Shown here: in pieces, positions 31,596 to 38,868 of the stretch
How positions within the stretch are numbered: the stretch's first letter is position 1
Layout: each line of letters starts with the position of its first letter
IMG/VR virus record: IMGVR_UViG_3300005530_000001
Strand: one strand, 5' to 3'
DNA: 63,225 nucleotides
From: an uncultured virus (IMG/VR IMGVR_UViG_3300005530_000001)
Taxonomy: Duplodnaviria > Heunggongvirae > Uroviricota > Caudoviricetes
Program-made: the position numbers and the translations under genes
Notes under the pieces: generated by a model
Told to the model about the DNA's origin: nothing
Database searches by the model: none
The model's input: the letters and a program-made list of their open reading frames with translations, nothing else

Positions 31596-31954
31596 CCCAC
31601 GGGCCCGAGCGCTACGTCGAGGACATGAACCTGGTCGCCCTGGTCGCGCGCATGGCGCGCCTGGGGCCGGACCCCGAGCCCATGCTGCGCGCGGTCGAAC
31701 GGGCCGAGAGCGTGGGGCCGCTCCTCGACCCGACGGCCTACCGCAAGAACAGTCACCAGCTTCCGTGGCAGCGTAAACTACTCGAAGCCTACGCCCGGCT
31801 CCGCACCGCGGCCACCGAGGTCGCGGAGGAGATCGAGCGCACGCTCCAGCCGCGCGACGCGGCGCCGCAGCCTGCGGGCTCATCTGAGCGGGACCGGGAC
31901 CCATCGCCCGCCCCCGCCGCGTCGCGATTCCCCACACCGGAGGACACCCCATGA
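31592..31954 (+). CDS. Hypothetical protein
   Basis: Coupled ORF. Confidence 0.55.
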   Translation: MTHGPERYVEDMNLVALVARMARLGPDPEPMLRAVERAESVGPLLDPTAYRKNSHQLPWQRKLLEAYARLRTAATEVAEEIERTLQPRDAAPQPAGSSERDRDPSPAPAASRFPTPEDTP

Positions 31955-32409
31955 GATTCTGGCGCTCCCATCTGTTCGCTCTGACCTTGCTGTTCGCTCT
32001 GACCTTGCCGCTCCTGCTGGCCGCCTGCGCCACGCTGGGCATCGGCAAAGCGGACCAGGCGACGCGCATCTTGGCCGACATCCGTTGTGTCACGGTCGCG
32101 AGCGCCGCCGGGCTCCAGATCGCCGGAGATCCGGTGGTCAACGGCGCCAAGACGGCGCTCGACGTGCTCGCCGCCATCACCGCGGTCGGCACCAGCAACG
32201 TCCCGGCCACCGTGTACGAGGCCTGCAAGGACACGCTGGCCTATGCCTCCGAAGACGCCAAGGGCGCCATCGCGCTCGTGACGGGCTCGACCGGTTCCGC
32301 CTCCAGCACCGTGACGCCGCCCTCCACGACGCCCCAGGCGCGTCGGGCGGCGCCGCCCCAGCCGACGGCGCCTCAGCCCGTCATCATCCCGATCCCGCGG
32401 ACGAAGTAG
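31951..32409 (+). CDS. Putative lipoprotein
   Basis: Signal peptide ending in LAAC lipobox; GGAGG RBS; Pro-rich tail. Confidence 0.7.
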   Translation: MRFWRSHLFALTLLFALTLPLLLAACATLGIGKADQATRILADIRCVTVASAAGLQIAGDPVVNGAKTALDVLAAITAVGTSNVPATVYEACKDTLAYASEDAKGAIALVTGSTGSASSTVTPPSTTPQARRAAPPQPTAPQPVIIPIPRTK

Positions 32410-32518
32410 GCGCTCTCTAGGTGCTCACAGGCATGCTGCGCTCCGCGCTTAGCTCAGGTTACCCAGTGCATCGGGACCGGGGGCCCGTCCCGGGAACATC
32501 TACGGCGCGGGGCGCGGC

Positions 32519-33079
32519 ATGAGTCCCGACGATCAGCAGAAGACGCTCGGCACCTACGACGGCATTCCCATGCACCACTGGCCCGAGGAACTGCCGCTGA
32601 TCACCGAGATCCTGGAGCAGACGCAGCCCCGCCTGGTGGTCGAACTCGGCACCATGTACGGGGGCTTCGCCGCGTTCCTGCAGGACACGATCGGCCGCTG
32701 GGAGGGACGCGTCGTCTCCATCGACTGGGAGATCTATCCGGGCCTGCCCGCGGTGCTCGACCGCAAGGGCTTCGACTTCATCGGCGCCGACATCGACGGC
32801 GACACGGTGGGGCGCCTCCTCCCCGCGCTCACCGAGGGGCGCTACCACGAGGCCATGCTCTACGTCGACAGCGGGCACCAAAGCCGCATGCTCCAGATGC
32901 ACCAGTTCGGCCACTACTTCGACCTGGTGGGCGTCCACGACTTCAACACCGAGGTGACCCCAGAGGCCTGCGCCGAGTGGGCCACGCTCATGCGCATGGC
33001 GCCCGTGCACGCGGCGGCGTTCGAGGCCCTCCAGGCGGAGAAAGGCGGCTACTTCGTGAGCCGGTTCTGGGCCCGATGA
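32519..33079 (+). CDS. Class I SAM-dependent methyltransferase (CmcI-like)
   Basis: PRLVVELGTMYGG, VVSID, LYVDSG, GVHD. Confidence 0.75.
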   Translation: MSPDDQQKTLGTYDGIPMHHWPEELPLITEILEQTQPRLVVELGTMYGGFAAFLQDTIGRWEGRVVSIDWEIYPGLPAVLDRKGFDFIGADIDGDTVGRLLPALTEGRYHEAMLYVDSGHQSRMLQMHQFGHYFDLVGVHDFNTEVTPEACAEWATLMRMAPVHAAAFEALQAEKGGYFVSRFWAR

Positions 33080-33200
33080 TCCCGCTCCCACTCCTCATCG
33101 GCCTGGCCCTGCTGGCCGCGGCCTGGGTCGGCCTGGCGGCCACCTACGAGCCCGCGCCGCCGGAGCCCCCCGCGAAACACGCCCAGCCCCCGCAGACGCC

Positions 33201-33398
33201 ATGAGACCCGTACGTCTCACGCTGCTCGACGGCTCCGCGCTCCTCGTGAATCCCGACACGATCGAGTACGTGCGCCCGCCCGTCGCCCTCACCGAGCCCG
33301 ACCGCCGGGCGGTCGTGCACTTCACCAGCGGCGCCGAGATCGGGGTCCGCGAGACCGTCGCCGATCTGGTGAAGCGCTTCGTCGCGGGGGAGGCCTGA
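33201..33398 (+). CDS. FlbD-like small protein
   Basis: VRLTLLDGSALLVNPDTIEYV...VRETVADL. Confidence 0.6.
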   Translation: MRPVRLTLLDGSALLVNPDTIEYVRPPVALTEPDRRAVVHFTSGAEIGVRETVADLVKRFVAGEA

Positions 33399-33802
33399 TG
33401 CGCCCGCTCATCATGCAGGTCGGCCGTCCCCTCGTGATCGAGGAGGCCTATGGCGCGATGCCGGGTGTCTTCACGGTCACCGCCATCGCCTGGAACCGCG
33501 AGGCCGAGACCCAGTGGCTCAGCATCGAGGCGACGCCCGCGCGCCAGGCGCCGCGCCCGCTGGACCCCGGGCTGGCGCTGGGCCAGGTCTTCTTCTGGGC
33601 GAGCAAAGAGTTCGTCGTGGTGAACATTCACCTGCGCCAGTGGCAGGAGAAGCGCACGCCGCGCCACAGCTTCCTCACGGTCGCGACGATCACGGCCTAC
33701 GACATGCTGACGGTGCAGAGCCGCCGCGACCACGCCCGCCAGCAGAAAGAGACCCAGGATCTGGCCGCGCAGTTCTGGAAGCGGCACACCGACGACTCGT
33801 GA
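33398..33802 (+). CDS. Hypothetical protein
   Basis: Coupled ORF with GGAGG RBS. Confidence 0.55.
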   Translation: MRPLIMQVGRPLVIEEAYGAMPGVFTVTAIAWNREAETQWLSIEATPARQAPRPLDPGLALGQVFFWASKEFVVVNIHLRQWQEKRTPRHSFLTVATITAYDMLTVQSRRDHARQQKETQDLAAQFWKRHTDDS

Positions 33803-34827
33803 ACGTCCTCTTCCTCGTTCCGAAGACAACCTACGACACGAAGATGGCGCGGGAGCGCTTTGCCTGGATGCGCGCCGTCGCCGAGCAGGTGGCCCCGCAC
33901 GGCGTGCACACCACGGGCCCGGGCTGGCCGGACTGGGCGGCCCATGGCTCGACGGTCGACAACGTCACGGCCTACCTCCACGCGCGCAAGCACAATCCCG
34001 AGGAGCAGCCGCACGTGCTCGTGACCTACGAGGTCAACGACCTGGTGGGCTGCCCGGTGCCCGTGGTCCTGATCCTTCAGGAGGCCTACAACCGGCCGAA
34101 GACCTTGAAGCTCCTGCGGGAGACCGACCCGAAGCTCGTCGTGTTCACCTATCCCCAGGAGATGCTCCAGTACGCCGAGGATCTGGCGGGACGCACCGTG
34201 CTCCACATCCCGCACTCGGCCGACGACAGCGTCTTCACGCTCATCGAGGGCACCGAGCCCTGGTCGACGCACGACCGTCCCATCGACGTGCTCATCGTGG
34301 GCAACATGAACCAGACCATCTACCCGTTCCGTAATCGCCTGGCCCGCCTGGCCTGGCGCGAGTTGCGCAAGCGGGGCTACGTCGTCCGCCGTCTGCCGCA
34401 TCCGGGGTACACGATCCCGCCCAAGGCGGGCTATGTGGGCCACGAGTACGCCGCGCTCCTGAACAAGGCCAAGCTCGTGGTGACCTGCACCTCCCGCTAC
34501 CGCTACGCCCTCTGCAAGCTGGCCGAGATCCCGCTCTGCGGGGCGCTGCCCGTCTCGGACCTGCCCTTCGACCGACAGAAGTTCTTCGCGCAGACCATGC
34601 TCCCCGTGGAGGCGTGGATGCTCGACCGTGAGATCCGTCAGGCCATGGAGGACCTCCTTGACGAGCCAGAGGAACTGGCCCGGCGAGTGCGGATCGCGCG
34701 CGACAAGATCGAAGCTCGGCTCCTGCTGAAGTTCTGGGCCGAGAGGTTTATCTACCACTGCCGTCGGTTCCTGGGCGAGGTCGATATGGCCGCGCCCACG
34801 CCGCTGGTCGGGGACGAGGATACGTGA
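33799..34827 (+). CDS. GT-B glycosyltransferase (CgeB-like)
   Basis: IPHSAD, DRPIDVL, YPFRNR, EYAALLNKAK, KLAEIPLCG. Confidence 0.8.
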   Translation: MNVLFLVPKTTYDTKMARERFAWMRAVAEQVAPHGVHTTGPGWPDWAAHGSTVDNVTAYLHARKHNPEEQPHVLVTYEVNDLVGCPVPVVLILQEAYNRPKTLKLLRETDPKLVVFTYPQEMLQYAEDLAGRTVLHIPHSADDSVFTLIEGTEPWSTHDRPIDVLIVGNMNQTIYPFRNRLARLAWRELRKRGYVVRRLPHPGYTIPPKAGYVGHEYAALLNKAKLVVTCTSRYRYALCKLAEIPLCGALPVSDLPFDRQKFFAQTMLPVEAWMLDREIRQAMEDLLDEPEELARRVRIARDKIEARLLLKFWAERFIYHCRRFLGEVDMAAPTPLVGDEDT

Positions 34828-35239
34828 CGTGGCGCGACATCATCTTGACCGAGAAGGGGATGGACTTGATGAGGTTCTACCGCGGCGATCCTGTGCGCCT
34901 CAGCGACGGGCGCGACGGGATCGTCCTGTGGTCGGAGGCCGCCGAGACCGAAATCCTGCTCAGCCCGTGGCGCCGCCAGCGCGCCCCGACCCCGAGCCTG
35001 CGGCATCTGGACCCGCCCGCCAGTTCGTCCACTTCTTCGCCACCACCGCCAGCCATCTCCCCTCCCGGCGCGCCGACACCTACCGCTGCGACTGCGGGGG
35101 GACGGACTGGGGGACGGCGAAAGCCTGGTGGCGCGAGCGCCTGAGCCTCATCGGCGGGCGGCTGCATCTCACGCTGGACAGCGGGCGCCGGGTGCCCACG
35201 GGCTCGATCGACTACGAGCACCGCGTGCGGCAGCCATGA
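34824..35239 (+). pseudogene. Apparently frameshifted hypothetical gene (shift near 35015)
   Basis: Protein-like sequence switches from the 34824 frame (...SLRHLDP) to the 34829 frame (RQFVHFF...RVRQP), whose stop couples to the next ATG. Confidence 0.45.
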
Positions 35240-36129
35240 CCTACGATCTGATCGTCACCAGCGCGGCGCGCCCGCATCTGCTGAAGGCGACGCTGGCGAG
35301 CCTCCTGGCGCAGGTGGACCAGCCGCCCGCGCGCATCCTGATCCATGACGACGCCGCCTTCGACCCGGGGACCGTCATGGCCACGCATCGCTGGATGCAG
35401 ATGAAGGCGATGCTGAGCGAACTCGTCCTGCCCTGCGAGGCGCTGTTGACGCACGCGGACCCGCCCCGGCGGCTCGGGCTGGCGCTGGTCTGGCTCCTGG
35501 CCAACGTGACGAGCGACTACGTGCTCTACTCGCAGGACGACTTCGTCACCGTGCGGGACCTGCCGATCCGGCGGGCCCTGGCGGTGATGGACGAGTACCG
35601 GGCCCACCAGATCCGCTTCAACAAGCGGGCGACCCTCGGCCAGAAGGACACCTGGCAGGGCATCTGGAAGAAGAAGGAGTTTCCCGTCTACACCGACGCG
35701 GGCGCGGCCGAGACGCTCACCGTGGCCGATCACTGGTACTTCCAGACCGGGCTCTGGCGGGTGTCTACGATCCGCGCCGCCCTGGCCTGGCTCACCGCGA
35801 CGTCGGAGCGCACGGCACTTTTCGCCGCCGCGCCCGCCGAGGAGGCGATCAACCGCGTGCTGGACGGCGAGTACGGGCCCATCCCCGGGCTCACGGTGCC
35901 GCACAACCGCTGGCAGGCGCGCGATGCCAACAACCGCGCCCAGGTCCAGCGCACCTTCATCTGGGGCCCGATCGGCACCGACCGCTACATCCGCCACATC
36001 GGCACCGACCCGGCCGACTTCGCAGGCGATCATGCGCGCGAGGACGCCGAGACCGCGCAGGGCCGCGAGAAGACCCAGCAGGCCTGGGACGAGATCGCGA
36101 CCTATCAGCCGAAGCCCCGGGAGGCGTGA
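35236..36129 (+). CDS. GT-A glycosyltransferase-like (paralog of 26416-27237)
   Basis: SAARPHLL, HDD, YSQDDF, QIRFNKR, ADHWYFQ, RHIG. Confidence 0.75.
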   Translation: MTYDLIVTSAARPHLLKATLASLLAQVDQPPARILIHDDAAFDPGTVMATHRWMQMKAMLSELVLPCEALLTHADPPRRLGLALVWLLANVTSDYVLYSQDDFVTVRDLPIRRALAVMDEYRAHQIRFNKRATLGQKDTWQGIWKKKEFPVYTDAGAAETLTVADHWYFQTGLWRVSTIRAALAWLTATSERTALFAAAPAEEAINRVLDGEYGPIPGLTVPHNRWQARDANNRAQVQRTFIWGPIGTDRYIRHIGTDPADFAGDHAREDAETAQGREKTQQAWDEIATYQPKPREA

Positions 36130-36390
36130 ATGCCTGTCGGTCCACGCTACTTCGCATCCAAGCCCACCTGGATTTCCGTCGAGGACGAAGAGCCGCCGCT
36201 CGGCATCAATGTCCTCTGCTACAGCCCGGCGGCGCTCGCTGACTGCGGCCAGGGCCTCGGCATTGGCGCTATCCATGGTGAGTATGGCAAGAGGCGGTGG
36301 AGCATGACGCCGCTGAACCACAAGGATCTCTACTACTACCCCGTGACGCACTGGGTGGCATTGCCAGACGTCCCGCCGAAAGAGGCCTGA
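36130..36390 (+). CDS. DUF551-like protein
   Basis: WISVEDEEP...VTHWVALPDVP. Confidence 0.75.
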   Translation: MPVGPRYFASKPTWISVEDEEPPLGINVLCYSPAALADCGQGLGIGAIHGEYGKRRWSMTPLNHKDLYYYPVTHWVALPDVPPKEA

Positions 36391-37104
36391 GTGGGCATCA
36401 AGAACGGCAAGGCCGCGCAGCACGTACAGTCGACGTTCGGCCCCTACCTCATGGTCCACCGCTACGAGGACCAGGCGCATATCCGCGACGTCATCGCAGC
36501 CTTCCGGCCGATGGTGGCCGTCGAACTGGGCACCGCGCACGGCGGGTTCGCCGCGATGCTGGCCCACACGCTCGGCCAGTGGGGCGGGCGGGTGCTGAGC
36601 CTGGACATCAAGCAGGACGCCGGGATCTGCGCGGCACTCGAACGCGACTACGGCAATCTCACGCTGATCGAGGCCGACGTCCTGACGGAGCCCCACGAGT
36701 TGGTGGTGGCCGCGCTCAGCCAGCCGCGCGCGCTGCTCTACACCGACAACGGCCACAAGCAGCGCGAGTTGGAACTCTACGCCCCCGACCTGCCCGAGCC
36801 CGCGCTGGTCGGCACGCACGACTACGGCACCGAGGTGGACGAGGACTGGGCCGAGCCGTTCATGGCGGCCCACCACTACCGGCCCTACCAGCATGAACGG
36901 TTCGCCGCACTCGCGAGCGACTCGTACTGGGACAGCCTGACGCGCTTCTGGCTCCGGACCCGGAGCCCCGACACGCTCACCTGGTGCATGCAGTGCCAGA
37001 CGGGCGCGCTCGCGGTGGGCCAGCCGCTCTACTGTCAGGGCCAGCACGGCGCCTGCAGCGCCTGCCTCACGCGCCTGGGGCCCGTCTGCGAGGCGTGCCG
37101 ATGA
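36391..37104 (+). CDS. Class I SAM-dependent methyltransferase with C-terminal Cys-rich tail (paralog of 32519-33079)
   Basis: VELGTAHGG, LSLDI, LYTDNG, GTHD, TRFW; CxxC tail. Confidence 0.75.
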   Translation: MGIKNGKAAQHVQSTFGPYLMVHRYEDQAHIRDVIAAFRPMVAVELGTAHGGFAAMLAHTLGQWGGRVLSLDIKQDAGICAALERDYGNLTLIEADVLTEPHELVVAALSQPRALLYTDNGHKQRELELYAPDLPEPALVGTHDYGTEVDEDWAEPFMAAHHYRPYQHERFAALASDSYWDSLTRFWLRTRSPDTLTWCMQCQTGALAVGQPLYCQGQHGACSACLTRLGPVCEACR

Positions 37105-37643
37105 TCGCGCCCATGGAGGTGCCGATCGCGCCGAAGTACGCGGCGCCCACGGCGCGGACGCCCGGGCGCTACGAGGGGCTCGTGCACTTCGCCGCCGCGC
37201 TGACGTGGGAGTTCGGGCCGTCGCTGGCCACCTGGACCGTGCTCGACGTGGGGGGCGCGGATGGCTGGCTCGGCGAGATGCTCCGGACCCGCGGGTATGC
37301 GTGGGTCGATCCGCGGGCGACCGGGCGCGGCCTCGTCGGGCTGGGCGAGGCGCTGCCGATCTCCGACGCGGCGGTCGACCTGGTGGTGAGCAAGCAGACG
37401 CTGCCGCACTTCACCGATCCGGTCCAGGCCTGCCGCGAGATGTGCCGGGTGGCCCGGCACGCCGTGGTCATTCGGCAGGACTGGGGCTATCGCGACACCG
37501 CGGGCGGGTATCTGCCCATCGGCTGGCCCGGACATAGTCGATCCCAGATCGACCGCCCCGCCGATATACTGGACGCACTCAGCGTGCCGGGCTGGGCCGC
37601 GGCGTACGACGATCTCGACTTCATCGCAAGGAGAACGCTGTGA
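37101..37643 (+). CDS. SAM-dependent methyltransferase (type 11-like)
   Basis: VLDVGGADG, GEALPISDAAVDLV, LPHFTDP...REMCRV. Confidence 0.85.
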   Translation: MIAPMEVPIAPKYAAPTARTPGRYEGLVHFAAALTWEFGPSLATWTVLDVGGADGWLGEMLRTRGYAWVDPRATGRGLVGLGEALPISDAAVDLVVSKQTLPHFTDPVQACREMCRVARHAVVIRQDWGYRDTAGGYLPIGWPGHSRSQIDRPADILDALSVPGWAAAYDDLDFIARRTL

Positions 37644-38407
37644 CGACTGACCCGACGCTCCTGGTCGCGATCTACGGCGACTACGGTCCCTGGTTCGGCC
37701 CCTGGTTCGAGAGCGCGCTGGCCACGGGCCACCGCCGGTTCATCATCGTCAGCGATGGCGCCCACGAGGACACCGCGCAGCGGCTGGTCACGGCCGCCTT
37801 CGAGGGCAGCCGCGCGGACCTGAGCCGGGTGGACGACGACGCCGACTACACCGCGATGATCCAGGACCCGCGCCTGAAGCCCTACGCCTATCTGGCCGCC
37901 TGGCGCCGGGCCTTCCGCCTGCTGCCGCCCGGCGCACCGTTCGTGGCCTGCCACGTCGACACGATCCTGCAGCGCAACCTGGCCGCGGCCTGGCTGGAGG
38001 CGCGCCCGAAGCCCTTCGGGCTGGCGCTGCCCGCGGTGCGCCACGGCACCCGCTGGGTCTTCGAGCCGATCTTTCTCTGCGGCACGGCGGCGCCGGTCGT
38101 GCAGGGCGAGTTGTCGAACTTGCTGCGCGAGACCGTGCGGCTGTCCGGCAGCGCCGATCGCGAGCGGATGATGCAGGTGTACGGCTCGTTCACGGCGGGC
38201 GCCGCGGCCCTGCTCGCGAGCCGCATGCAGGAGGGTGGCGGCACCATCGTCGGACAGTTGCCCGCCACCTGGTGTAGCCGCCTCGATCCCCAGGCCGCGG
38301 TGGTCCACTTCGCGGGCCAGCCGCCCGATCCGACGACGGTGCTGGGGCAGCGCTGGGCGACGCTGGGGGACGCCTACCGGGCGCGCACCGAGGTCGTGCG
38401 GGCGTGA
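37640..38407 (+). CDS. GT-A-like nucleotide-sugar transferase (divergent)
   Basis: HVDTILQRNL (DxD variant) and C-terminal VVHFAG. Confidence 0.55.
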   Translation: MTTDPTLLVAIYGDYGPWFGPWFESALATGHRRFIIVSDGAHEDTAQRLVTAAFEGSRADLSRVDDDADYTAMIQDPRLKPYAYLAAWRRAFRLLPPGAPFVACHVDTILQRNLAAAWLEARPKPFGLALPAVRHGTRWVFEPIFLCGTAAPVVQGELSNLLRETVRLSGSADRERMMQVYGSFTAGAAALLASRMQEGGGTIVGQLPATWCSRLDPQAAVVHFAGQPPDPTTVLGQRWATLGDAYRARTEVVRA

Positions 38408-38844
38408 AGGCGCGGCTCCCGCGGCGCCGCAAGAAGTACCGCGTGCCCGGCACGCTGCGTCCGCGCGCGCTGGCCGAGCACATCGAGGAGGTCACGGGCG
38501 GCTTCCGCATCGTCAGCCACCGCACGGGGAAGAGCCTGGGGACCTACAAGACGCGCGGCGAGGCCGCGCGGGCGCTGGCGCGCATGCGGCGCTTCTCGGA
38601 GGCGGGCGTCGAGGCCCACGGCGACTGCCGCTACATCACCATCGGCGGGCGGCGCACCTGCATGACGGGCGGCCACAACCACACCGCGCTCCTCCAGGCT
38701 GGGCAGAAGCGGATGCCCTACTACGGGCTGGCCCGGCCCGGTCGGCGGCGGCGCCGCGCCTTCCCCGCCGACGTGGGGACGGCGGCGATCGGGACCGCGA
38801 CGAACATGGCGAGCGCGACCGCGCAGGCGACCGGCCACACCTGA
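38404..38844 (+). CDS. Small protein carrying one Cys-hairpin tag; in frame with the downstream polyprotein
   Basis: VEAHGDCRYITIGGRRTCM; separated from the 38869 ORF by a single in-frame TGA. Confidence 0.6.
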   Translation: MKARLPRRRKKYRVPGTLRPRALAEHIEEVTGGFRIVSHRTGKSLGTYKTRGEAARALARMRRFSEAGVEAHGDCRYITIGGRRTCMTGGHNHTALLQAGQKRMPYYGLARPGRRRRRAFPADVGTAAIGTATNMASATAQATGHT

Positions 38845-38868
38845 CACCACGCCGCCGAGGCCCAGCAG

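Noticed and set aside
32441..32515. tRNA-like TAGCTCAG motif
   Set aside because: No T-loop (GTTCRA) or cloverleaf follows; kept only as a generic structured leader
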